A stretch of 64,000 bases of DNA from Nemertoderma westbladi (taxonomy: Eukaryota; Animalia; Xenacoelomorpha). The DNA is taken from positions 1-64,000 of the forward strand of contig JAUCBJ010007629.1 in the NCBI GenBank assembly GCA_032718475.1, given 5' to 3'. A model generated the notes under the pieces. That model searched no databases, was not told the origin of the DNA, and saw nothing but the letters and a program-made list of their open reading frames with translations. The position numbers were made by a program, and so were the translations under genes. Within the stretch, counting starts at the first letter, position 1, and each line of letters starts with the position of its first letter. This document shows positions 1-11,400 of the stretch, piece after piece.

Positions 1-815
1 AGAAGGAACTTATATTTGAAAGACTTATGTTTCATATTTGAGATGCAAAGGTTTATATTATTCTAAACTTATGCAGTTTATATTTATATTTAAGTAAAGA
101 CTTATAGTTAGTAAGATTTATATTTAGTAAGAATTTATATTTTATATTTACGTGATTATTTCGAACTTATGCAATTTATATTGTTCCGAATACTATATTT
201 TATAAGCAGTATTTGTATTTACAGTGTAAAAGAGAAAGTTTTATAGACAGAAAATTTTGTGCTCAGAAAGACTCATATTTGTAATTATTCCAAAACTTAT
301 GCAATCTACATTTAGGTACGAAAGTATTTGTAATTACTTGAATTTATGCAATATTTGAGATGCAATAGTAGATGGAAGACTCGCGAGCCTTTCTTATTGT
401 TTTCATTTATTTGTATTTGTAATTGTTTGAATTTATGCAATATTGAGATGCAATAGATTTATATTGGTGAATTTAATTTAGATTTATATTGTACTTACTT
501 AGTAAAGCCTTAAACACGTAAAGTTTGAATTTGTAATTATTTTGTATCGAATCATTACGTAGAAAGGAAGTATTGTTTGAAACTTAATTGTAAATATGTA
601 AGTACGCCCTAAGTATTCTATAGTTTGATTGATTATTGGTGAAAACCGTATATTTTATGCACGATAATATCCTGTTTTCATGGAGCGGTATAGAATTATA
701 TTCCCTAAATGCCGTGGATTTTCAAAAATTTTATTTTATTCGAATTAACTTTGTAAAGATTGCTTTGAGTTCTCATTCGTATTGGTTCTATCTATTATGC
801 ATCTATCGGTCAGGT

Positions 816-890
816 GGTTCAGTAGCTCAGTTGGTAGAGCGTTGGAAATTATAAGTGTAGTAGGTATCGAGTTCGAATCCTAGTAAGTGC
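816..890 (+). mobile_element. tRNA-derived SINE head or tRNA pseudogene (Pol III A and B boxes)
   Basis: TAGCTCAGTTGGTAGAGC (A box/D arm) and GAGTTCGAATCC (B box/T arm) at tRNA spacing; acceptor and anticodon stems do not pair, so not a functional tRNA. Confidence 0.6.
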
Positions 891-955
891 GAATTATTTT
901 TTGTGCAGAATTTCAACTCATTTAAATTAACCGCTACAAATTAATTGCATTTATC

Positions 956-1284
956 TGTACCAATAAGGCTGTAGTTATTTGATTGTAACCAATGTCGTGC
1001 AAGTTATATATTAGCTGGACCAATAAGCTATCTTTAAAATCTTGTTAGAACTCATAGAACAATCGAGAATTTTCTCGATTGATTGCGGCACAAATTTAGT
1101 ATATAAAGGTGCGATTCGTTCATTAGTTATCAATTACTTCACTATTCTCAGATTTATTCTGTCGTGCTTAGTTTATTCTCAGATTACATTGTATTATAAT
1201 TGTGTCTTCTGTAATAAAGTCAGAATATTCTCTCAGCCTTTCTGTTTTACTATGGTTTCACTACGGTGAATAAACTCAGGGACA
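956..1284 (+). promoter_or_regulatory. Possible solo LTR or Pol II promoter-like segment
   Basis: TG...CA bounded; three ACCAAT boxes, TATATAAA at 1100-1107, AATAAA at 1213 and 1269, TGG 3 nt after the CA. No second copy in the window. Confidence 0.3.
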
Positions 1285-2520
1285 GGATGGCCGGCTAGAG
1301 ATCGGGCCGCAGCAATGAACGGGAACATCACGGGAATGTAGACGAGAGACAACCCGCAATACCATCTAGTGTTATTCGCCCATCGCCTGAAAGGTTAGAC
1401 AGCGTTCGATCCTTGCTACCTAAGTGTAAGACCAAAAGATAAAAGGTAGACGTAGTGACACGCTGCAAGCCTAAAATTACATCATAGGGACTGTACTGTC
1501 TTGATTCAGGAAAAAACCGCAGTAGACCTTCATATTCCTACGGGGAGAGGAGAGAGAACAGATACTAGTACGCAGATAGGACGTAGGCACACCGGTACAA
1601 GGCATACACATTGGTTAGGGTGCAGCAAACTGTACGCTTAACTCTTGCTAAGTACAGGTGTGTGTGCGACTATTTGCCGTACAACGGTGTTCAGTGCATC
1701 AGAACTTGTAGGCTAGAGGGTTGCTGTGTTTTCACCTGAATTGGGATTGTACCGTTCAGGCGGTAGGGCAGTTTACATACTAGGCGCAAATAAATTGAGG
1801 CTATCAGGGATATACTAACATCTACCGTGTCCCCGCCAACGCCCTAATAGGAAGTTACCCGGACTACCTGGGTGACTAAAATTCTAGATAGGAGCCAGGA
1901 TAGCTATTAATACCTGTACGCCTACAGTAGTAAACTAACACATCTCTTCTCAGTATCAGGGACCTGGTACCTAAAATTGCCGAATTCTGGGCGTAGTATT
2001 AACCTTATGCCTGAATTTGAGTCCTGGAAATACGCAAGAGGGGAAGGAACCTTATCATTCGTGAGTATTGGACCTACAAGTTATAAAATTAGAATATTCG
2101 TAAAATGCACACCGTACCCAGTAATTATATATGTGAAGGAGCAAAACTGCTTTGACCGTTCAGAATTAACACACGCGCGTTAGAAATTATTTACACCTCG
2201 AAATATATAAAATTAACTTTCGTCCTTACTGCACTTTGCTCGCTAGTTAGACATCTCCAAATCTGCTCTGTACCTAGCTAGCGTCCCTTTGCCCAACCAT
2301 ATAAATCACACCGCGGCAAAGTATACGAGCCTCTTAGTCCGTCAGTGAGTCAGCCTGATTTTAGGATTCGCTGCGCGGGATTTTGTTTTATCGAAGTTTG
2401 TCTGCTCGTAGACTGTTTTCTGCCTCACCGGTTAAAAGAGATCGATACTGCAATATATTCGCTTACTTGGGGTTTACTGTTTTGGTGAGAAGGTCGGATT
2501 TATGATTTGATTTACAAACT

Positions 2521-5500
2521 TTACAGTAGGATATTGCAGGTATTGTTACCGTCTCTTCCGATAGTAGGAATAGGGTCTCGTTCGAATTCACGGTGTAATA
2601 AGATGTGATGTTTCGCGCCGCACTTTGCACACTTTACGTCGGAGTAACAGGTTCGCCGTTGGTGTCCTGGTCTGAGGCAATTATAGCATAACCGCTTATC
2701 CCACATGACTTCATGTCTGTCTACCAGGGATTTCAATAGGAATTCAGCACATGCACTCAAACGGTGGGTCCCGTCGCACAGCGCACAGTTTGGTTTGATG
2801 TTACTCACTTTACCTTGGGTAACGTTATGCACTCTCGTTCTTTCTTCGGGCTTTCTTCCATACCTTCTGTTAGGAGACTGAGGAGGAGTCTTGGCAACCT
2901 GTTCTCTCCTATCGTTGGTTCGAGCCTTGTATTTACTTACGTCTTTTGAGGTTTTGTTAACATAGTAAAATCTGTCAGTGTCTTTTCCGCTGTCCTCTTC
3001 CTGGGAAGCTTGGCTTTCGCCGTCGTCAGTGTAACACACTGGTGTTACTCTTCTCCTAGAAACGGGTTTCTCACTTACCTTATTTTCCGATGTTTTCTCT
3101 CTGGACTGCTTTATGAGTTGTAGTTTTACTTCACCATCTAAGAAGGACATGAGATCAGCCATGGTAGGGCCTCGTCGTTGCTGCTCATTCATATACAACA
3201 CTTTCTTGTCCCAGCGTGTACATACTCCACCCTTTGGTAAAGTAGAGAGTACGGCTCCAATAACCATGGAACTCTGATATTCATGAGACTTACCTAACCA
3301 GTCCAATTGTCTACAGATCTCCTGAATCTCATCGGAAAACTCTATAATCCCGCTACTAAGGAAGTTTCGGGGGGCTACTAATTTTGCATACAAATACTTA
3401 GCTATGTTATCCTTATTACCATACCTGGTGTTTAATGTATCCCAAACTTGTCTTAATCCATCTGGATGTCCAATAAACTTTAACACCATTAACTTGGGAG
3501 GTCCTTCCAAGCACTTGATGAGGAATCTAAGTTTCTCTCCGTTAGATAGTACAGAGTTCTGTATGCTATCTTTGTAATATTCATTGAAAGGTAACCATTT
3601 TATCTCATCTCCATTGAATTTGACGATCTCTCCCACTTTGACCGCTTGGCGGGCTTCTGTTCTAGCCATCTGACGCGTAAAGCTTTCTTGGGCCATCGTG
3701 TTATTTAATATCGAATTATCGGTATATAAATTTCTCGGATTATTATCAGGTCTATAGGGAATATCATTAACAACAGGTTTATAATCACCCTTAATAGGGT
3801 TTGCTATAGGAGTTTCTACTTCACTAGCAGTATAGATGCGTGTAGGCTCCACACCTTGCGCATGTAGTACTTCAGACCTAACAGGTTGACACAATGTTAC
3901 TGGGGGTATTGGTATACCCTTTTGTATATTGACTAATTTGTCGCGTTCTAGCGCGATGCTTTGCTGCACTTCTTGCAATTCTACCCTACTTTCCCTTACT
4001 GTTCCCTTAAGTTGGTTGACAGTCTCCTGCATCTGTCCGAGCAGGAGATTCATCCCCCGCCGTCCCTCCTCTACCCACTCAACCGCCGAAGCGGGAGTCG
4101 CCAACATTGTAGCGGGCTGACGCGGGACGACGGGAGACAAATCCTTGATTTCTCTCTCAGCGTCCAGGACAGGGATTTTCTCATGGACTGTTCTACCGGG
4201 TACAGGCAGTGTAGTACTGTGTAAAGGGAATTTAGAGTTAAGCTCTGGAAGTACAGGGGTCTCTAGCACAGGAGTGGCTTCGGGAACGACAGGCCTAATT
4301 ATTTCAGGCTCATCGACTATCGTAGGGAGTCTTTTGACCTTAATAATTTGGTCTGTGGGTTCTGTACTACCTAAGTCTGTGCTAGCTAGTTGTCTTCTAA
4401 CAGCTGGGGGCAAATCAGGCAATTTGTGACGGTGAGATGTTTTTCTACGCCTGCTTAGACGAGATCTATTTCCTCCGCCTTCAGGATCGGTGGTCTGGCC
4501 TTCCTCCGATGATGTGTATCCCTGGCGTTTGGGAGTAGATCGACTCATCATCTGCATTTGACTAGCAGTTAATTGCTTATTTATGTTGTCTTGCGTCTCT
4601 TGCAGATTTTCCAACTCCAGTTGGGTAGTCTCCTCAGACGCTCTCCGTTCTGCTTCTGCCACTGCCCTTGCCTCTGCTACTGCTGCTGCCTTTCGGTCCT
4701 CTATCCGTCTTTTCTTTACTTGTTCTTCCTGGACTCTAGTGAGGCGGAGTTTTTCATCAAATTTAGCTTGGTTTGCAGCTAACATTTCCGCATCGATTGA
4801 GTCCAACACAAGCTTGGCTCCTTCACTATTGGGGCGAAGTCCAGCCAGTCGTCTCCTCAACTCTTCATCACCTAAGAAGCGTTGATAGTCTGACAGATAG
4901 ATGTCGATGGCGTCTCTCGTTCACGGTCTCTCTGCTGTCACTTCACTTTCCACTTGAGAAAAGGTGGCATCGGTTGATTCTTCATAGGTTGGTCGCTCTG
5001 CCAGCTGGGATTTCCACTGGGCCGTTTCTTGTACTTTGAGACCTACCCGCTGGAACCAAGTCTTGACAGCAACTTGCAGCGACGTGTCCTGTCTTCTTTT
5101 GGAAGTTTCCTCAAAGGCTGATAGGATTAGCCTAATGCGTAGGGTTCTTTCGCGTACTTGATAAAGCAGCTCTTCCTGCTCTTGAGGTCCTTTGGGTTGT
5201 CGAAACAGTTGTTCTTCTAATCGCTCTAAGGAGCCGAAGAATCCCTGCACATATCCTGCTGCCGACCTCTTCCAAACAGCTGGATCCATCGTATCTTTAG
5301 TCACTCCCATCCTGTGTATGTCTTCCCAGGTAGCTTCAGATAAGTCTAACGGGAATCCGGGTCCGGAAAAGTTCCATTGCGACTCGACAATAGATATCAA
5401 TTCTTCCCTGGCGTATCCCGCATAACTATCTTGGGTCGCTCGCTTACTTCTCGCCCAATCGACTTGGTGTTCCTCCACCGCGATCAATATCGTAGTTAGT

Positions 5501-5868
5501 ACTGCGGCAGGAAGAGTGAGAAGGGGATCCGAATAGGCTGTATCCGCCATCTTCACTCTGCATTCGGGGGTCAGCTCTACAGTATCCGAACTACTGGAGC
5601 TGTCGGGTCGCTGGGAACGAGTTTCTGGACTAGGATGTTGCTGCTGTTGGACAACTGCTTCTTGGTTCCGTTTGACCTGGGCCCGAGTGCCGATGATAGA
5701 CCTACGGTGTTGGATTAGCCTAGGGTCTGATACTACTACTGGAGGGATGACCTTTCTTTCAGTAGGAGGTGAGCTGAACCCCTTTCTTAATCGCTCCACA
5801 CTCCTATCTGTGTCACAGATGGTTGTATCGATTAGACTGTCTGACAGGTTTTGCTCTGTGTCAGACAT
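2521..5868 (-). pseudogene. gag: Bel/Pao-type Gag (about 1115 codons) with one in-frame TGA at 4921-4923; no pol follows
   Basis: ORFs 4921-5868 and 2521-4860 share a frame (ERP*TRDAIDIY...). Capsid-region motif KFNGDEIKWLPF..EKLRFLIKCLEG and Bel/Pao triple Zn knuckle CALCDGTH..C / CYNCLRPGH..C / CAKCGAKHHILLH. Confidence 0.85.
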
Positions 5869-5947
5869 GTTTAGCTATACAGTTGAATGCTTACTGCTAT
5901 AGTTACAGTTAAAGCAAGTCTAGTAATTCAGTATGACCGTTGGCCTA

Positions 5948-6220
5948 GTACCGGTAATTTATTACAGTATATTAGAATACCGGTATACACTTATAATATA
6001 TATAAGTATTGTAAACTAGGTTTGTCTCAGAATACCGGTATATAATTTTAACACAAATATATATAAATATATAATAGGCCTATCGTGAATACCGGTATAC
6101 AGCCTACACTTATAGTATATAAGTATAATTCTGGACTAGAATTAATTACAGAATACCGGTATAATTTCAGCCTAAATTTATAGAAATAAAGATAATAGGC
6201 CTATCGTAAATACCGGTATA
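5948..6220. repeat. Degenerate tandem repeat, period about 58 bp, carrying the palindrome TACCGGTA
   Basis: AATACCGGTATA near 5977, 6031, 6088, 6152 and 6209, plus a weaker copy near 5949. Confidence 0.7.
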
Positions 6221-6342
6221 TCAATTATTTAAATAATTGAATTTCTGAATTTTAAAGGTTACTTAGTTACTTTAACTTACTTTATTACCGTTATTTAAGC
6301 AGTAGTCCAACTGATATTGAGACCTAATTGTTGTATGCAGGC

Positions 6343-7971
6343 TGTTCGCGGTATTTCAACTTTCCATAACGCGAGTTGAATATTTTTGTATTTATTTAAA
6401 ATTGATTATTCCGATATTACTACTGGGTGCGGGACCATGGGTTTTGGGCACATTCAATAAACTGGGGGCGATTTATGGGCGAACTTTGGGGCAACTTACA
6501 GGGTACGGGAATAATTTCATAGTTATAAGGGCCAGGGGGGATGGAAAATGCAAGCAGTATTCAGGTTAGCCTGAGTACTATTAGGCCCTGGCCAACTTCC
6601 TGCTGCCTGTAGGGGTGGATTTGGTAATGCGCCAGGCCTAAAGGACAAGGACTGCCCTTAGCGGTCCCTGGCCAACAGCAGCCATTACGAGACTGAAAAG
6701 AACTCGGACCGCTGACTGCTTGTGTCAGGGATTTGCGACGGGCACCGACGGCCCCTTAGTAGCCAAGCCGTTCTGGTTCTCGATGATCGAACCCCGGGGT
6801 TCGTGAGGGGTGGAGCGGACACGCGAACGGGTGGCCAACTAACGACTGCCCCCTGACCTAAGCCATACTGGTTCTCGATGACCGATCCCTTCGGGGTTCG
6901 TGAGGGGTGGGACGGACATGCGAAAGGGCTGGCCACAGGACGGGTTTGACGAGAACTGCCCTTAGCGGTCTCTGGTCAACGGCAGCTACTACGAGACTGA
7001 AAAGAACTCGGAACGCTGACTGCTTGTACTGGGATTTGCGACGGGAACCGACGACAGACCCCTTAGCCAAGCCGTACTGGTTCTCGATGATCGAACCCTT
7101 CGGGGTTCGTGAGGGGTGGAACGGACACGCGATGGGGTCGAAAGACAAAGGACTAGACTCGACTAGACTCTACTGGCCTACCGACTGTTCGGAGCAGTTT
7201 CTCGGCTGCCGAAGCGACTACGAGCCTGAAACGGACTCGGAAAGCCTAGGTGGTTGGGTTTCTGTGATGAACCGACGGACCCCTAGCCAAGCCGTTCTGG
7301 TTCTCGATGATCGAACCCTTCGGGGTTCGTGAGGGGTGGAACGGACACGCGAACGGGTCCACCGACACGACAGACTCCTAGCCAAACCGTACTGGTTCTC
7401 GATGACCGAACCCTTCGGGGTTCGAGAGGGGTGGTACGGATACGCGACAGAGTCTACCGACTGGACCGACCCTTAGCCAAGCCGTGCTGGTTCTCGATGA
7501 TCGTTCCCTTCGGGGTTCGTGAGGGGTGGAACGGACACGCGACAGGGTCGACCGACACCGACACTACGGCACTAAGACTGGGACCGAGGGAAAATCTGGG
7601 GAACATTAGGTAGGCTAAAATTCTGAGCGAACAGTGGGTTATTAAATAATATACCGTAGGGATTTATATTATCGTGTATAATTATTGTGAATATTTGGTG
7701 TATATTGATTTGGGGAAGCCCAAAATTATTCTTAATCAGGTTTCAATGATGTTGAACAGGTTTCAATGACGTTGAACAGGTTTCAACTATAGGAAGTTAC
7801 ATTAAAGAGTATATCCAACTAATGCAGCTTTTTATCAACCGCAAACTTGCATCTCAGAAAATATTCCCTCCCCACAATCAATATCCGGTGACTGGCCGGG
7901 GCTCGGTGGTCTGTTAAAGTCACGTCTCCAGCATCGGCGTTTTCCCCCCTGGTGTAGGGATAACGGCAACA
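6343..7971 (+). repeat. 5' LTR of element A
   Basis: TGTTCGCGG...GGCAACA; direct repeat of 19278-20906 with only about 4 substitutions seen by eye. Confidence 0.97.
6750..7550 (+). ncRNA. Array of six ~84-nt structured hairpins with kink-turn motif and cUUCGg cap (5' LTR)
   Basis: Copies near 6750, 6848, 7057, 7277, 7372, 7467; core CTC-GAT-GA-T-CGAACCC-TTCG-GGGTTCG-T-GA-GGG; outer stems vary compensatorily. The repeat is certain, RNA function is inferred. Confidence 0.7.
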
Positions 7972-8075
7972 AAATTAAGAATAATTCACGTGGTTAATTT
8001 TGACAGGGTGTCAAAATTAAGAATAATTCATGCGGTTAATTTTGACAGGGTGTCAAAATTAAGGATAATTACGGT
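7970..8075 (+). repeat. 42-bp tandem repeat (about 2.5 copies) with palindrome TTAATTTTGACA-GGG-TGTCAAAATTAA, at the PBS position
   Basis: CAAAATTAAG at 7970, 8012 and 8054; no TGG-initiated tRNA complement directly after the LTR. Confidence 0.8.
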
Positions 8076-8264
8076 CAACTTCAACTGGTGGAAGTTGAGA
8101 ATCCTTCAATACTCTTCAAAAACTCTCTACGTGCTTGCCAGCACCCACTACGAGGAAACTCTGGTATTTGAGTTGAGACAAAGTCGTGGTTTAATTAAGC
8201 AACAAACTCGATCTAACCAACTCGTAGTCGGCAGATCACATATTTGGAGAGTTGTTAACAGGGA

Positions 8265-8456
8265 ATGGAAGTATCGATCACACCCATTGATATAATTCAA
8301 GTTGAGCCAGGAATCTGGCACGTCGAAGTTGAGGTACAAGGAACGAACGTTGGACGATTCAGGATTACTGTTCGGGTGGTCCAAGCTGAGTACAATACCT
8401 ACGAGGAACTGTTTTACGACATCGCGTATCTAGCCATCGACGAGGCGTTACAATGA
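8265..8456 (+). CDS. 63-aa upstream ORF overlapping the gag start through ATGA
   Basis: Stop TGA 8454-8456 overlaps gag ATG 8453-8455; protein-like beta-strand then helix pattern; no recognised homology. Confidence 0.4.
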   Translation: MEVSITPIDIIQVEPGIWHVEVEVQGTNVGRFRITVRVVQAEYNTYEELFYDIAYLAIDEALQ

Positions 8457-11400
8457 CAACAAATAACGTATCCGATACCGACGAGATGGATCACCACACA
8501 GACTCGGAAGCCGACGAGGTACCAAACGTCAAGAACATGACCCGTCGGTTAGGGGCTCTTAAAGGCGGAGTAACCCGAGCATATCAACGGATGGAGAAAC
8601 AACTCAAGGGAGTCAAAACCCCCCTCAATGAGGTACAAACTCAGCTTCAAAGTATCCGAAATATCCTACAGCGGTACGAAAGAATGATACAGGCGTACCA
8701 AGAGCTCATTCCCCCCACCGATCAGGAAAACTACCCCAAGTTGGAAGAACACGTTGTACATCTAGATGGGTTCCGCAAACAACACCGGAGGACCCTCAGC
8801 CTTGTGAGAGGCTATGAGGAACAGTATTACAAGAGGGCTGACGCGGAATCAGTACGATCCTCCAGCATCAGGACAGCAGTACATCGTAAGAGAACGGGGT
8901 CCGCTAGAAATCAGCACTCCAGCGCTAGGAGCGAGATATCCGGCTCGGCGCGCAGTTCTCAAGGGGCGCCGCCACTCCGAGACCAACTGCGAGAACGGAA
9001 GGCATTAGCCCTCAAAGCTCGGATGGAAGATGAGTATATTCAACTGCAAGCCGAGCAAGATGTATTAGCCGCCGAAACACAAAAGCGAGAGGCCGAACAA
9101 GCGGCCGAACGGCAGGCCGAACAACGCGAACAGGAGGCCGAACAACATAGACGAGAGGCCGAACGGCAGGCCGAACAACGTGAACAGGAGGCCGAACAAC
9201 ATAGACGAGAGGCCGAACGGCAGGCCGAACAACGTGAACGACAGGCCGAACAACATAGACGAGAGGCCGAACGGCAGGCCGAACAACATAGGCGAGAGGC
9301 CGAACAACAGGCCGAACAACGCAAACAGGAGGCCGAACAACATAGACGGGAGGACGAACGACAGGCCGAACAACGCAAACAGGAGGCCGAACAACGCGGA
9401 CGAGAGGCCGAACGAGAGATCGAACAACGTAAATGGGAAGCGGAAATGCGTAAACAACACGCCGAGGCCCAAGCAATTCTCATCCACAAAAAGAATGCGG
9501 ATATTGCAAAACTCGCAGAATACGAAGCCGCACTTATCGAACGAGATATTCAACTCTACGAGGACTGGGAAAGGGATATAGATCAGGAATATGAACCAAT
9601 TCCGGTACCGGAGTTAGAAAAGTCATTTACACCAACAGCGGCGAAACCTCCGAAACCCGAGATCCCGCCTACCAAACAGTCTACGCTATCGGCACAAGCT
9701 CCGGTGTTTCATCCCCCACCGGCTACGCTAAAGAATGAGGAACCCTATTTCCCATCCAATACCACGACAGCGAGTGTACCCAAGTACGAGCCTGAAAAGG
9801 ACTCGGAACGGGATGCCACTCCCCGATCAAACAACCCATTTACATCAACACCACAAACTCGCAGCCGCGTCATTATTAAAACTCCGCCTATTATTGATCC
9901 ATCAAGTATGGGAGTGAGTGCCAATAACTATAACCCTCCGAGTCACTCCAGTTCAGACGACGTCAGCATCATCCGGGCGTTGGAGAACCGCCTTGCCATG
10001 CCGAAGATGGAGATTCGCACCTTCGAAGGAGATCCCGTCGATTATCTCAGATTCAAGAAACGGTTTTTTGCGCAGATTGGATCAACGGACATAGCCGACG
10101 CACAGAAATTGGTATATTTATCGCAATACCTGGGTGACAAACCACGCAGAATTGTTGCATGTTTTGAAGGAGGTTCTCATGAGGCATACTATGACGCATG
10201 GAAAACTCTAGACAAAAGATACGGAAATACCGGAACTATAATTAATAAAACTCTAGAGAGACTGATACAGGACGCGGGATCACTAGGGGACCCACAGAAC
10301 ATACAGGAATTCTCCGACTCTATGAAAGATGCCTATTATACTCTGAAACCCTTAAATAAGGAGGACCAGGTGAACAACATTCTAAACCTCCGACAGATCG
10401 CCCGGAAGTTCCCCGGATGGCTGCAAAGTAAGTGGGCCTATAAATGCGTAGATCTCCGGCGCAGACATCCAGATCAAGATCCCAGCTTCCTCGAAATGTC
10501 GGCATTCCTGGACGATATCTCCGAAGCCATGAATGACTCAATGTTCTCGAAACAAAGTCTCGCCAAGTTGGACGCAATGGAGAGCAATTACCAGAGCAGG
10601 GCACCCACTCCAAACCCAAGATTCCGCCCTACTCCTGTGAGTGCGATGGTCATCAGTATGGCTGAGGACTCGGATGACGAGGATTACGAGGAACCGACCT
10701 TAGCAGAAGAATGGGCATGCTACCTAGCGAATTGGGCACCCGAAAGGGAAGGCACCACAGCCTCCCCTATATGTCTCTTCTGTGGGGAGAAACACAAAGT
10801 GGAATTCTGCAGAAAGTTTCAGTTCGCCGAACTCGTCCCATGCTTCGAGGCGATAATGAAACACCGAGGATGCTTCCGGTGTCTTGGAACAGGTCACTAT
10901 GTTCGGGAGTGCGACCAAAGATCATGCTGTGCTGTCTGTAACGACCAACGCCATCACACGCTCCTCCACATCCCCGCGAACTTCGATTTTACTACCCTCC
11001 CCTTTCGGATCGAAGCCAGGCGACGAGGAGAAACAAACCACGTCTTCAAAGGAACCCGGACAACCCAACGGAGAGAAACCAACCCGTTTAAAATCTACAC
11101 CGATACACCACAAGTAACCAATATTTCGGCCACGATTAATCTTATAAATCGCCGCTACATGGTCTTCGCAAAGGTGATCCCAGTAAGGATCCAAGGAGTC
11201 GGCAAATCTTTGACGACACTCGCGTTCCTCGATAACGGGTCCGACGGAACCATCATCGACCGGGATTTCCTCGAGCAACTCGGCCTAGAATATGAACCTT
11301 GTAAACGGCCCATACAAACCATCACCGATAACAAAGAAGTAGAGTCCGGGGAGGTGCAACTCCAGATGGAAGGAGTGATGAAGGGCTACGAAACGGCTAA

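Noticed and set aside
1-620. AT-rich region with recurring ACTTATGCAAT words
   Set aside because: Degenerate low-complexity repeat with no supportable function.
816-890. Functional tRNA gene
   Set aside because: Acceptor and anticodon stems do not pair.
6776-6812. SECIS element or hammerhead ribozyme
   Set aside because: The helix after ATGA is 7 bp with a UUCG loop and no apical AA; no CTGATGA..GAAA three-stem hammerhead core.
6750-7550. CRISPR-like array with a self-matching spacer
   Set aside because: Eukaryotic LTR, no cas genes, irregular and partly duplicated linkers; the ORF match is a recurring hairpin motif, not a unique spacer.
6685-7613. Short ORFs inside the LTRs
   Set aside because: By-products of the GC-rich repeat array; the repeat is read in inconsistent frames.
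9012-9581. Overlapping Cys-, Val- or Asn-rich ORFs
   Set aside because: Alternative-frame shadows of the Gag coiled-coil repeat.
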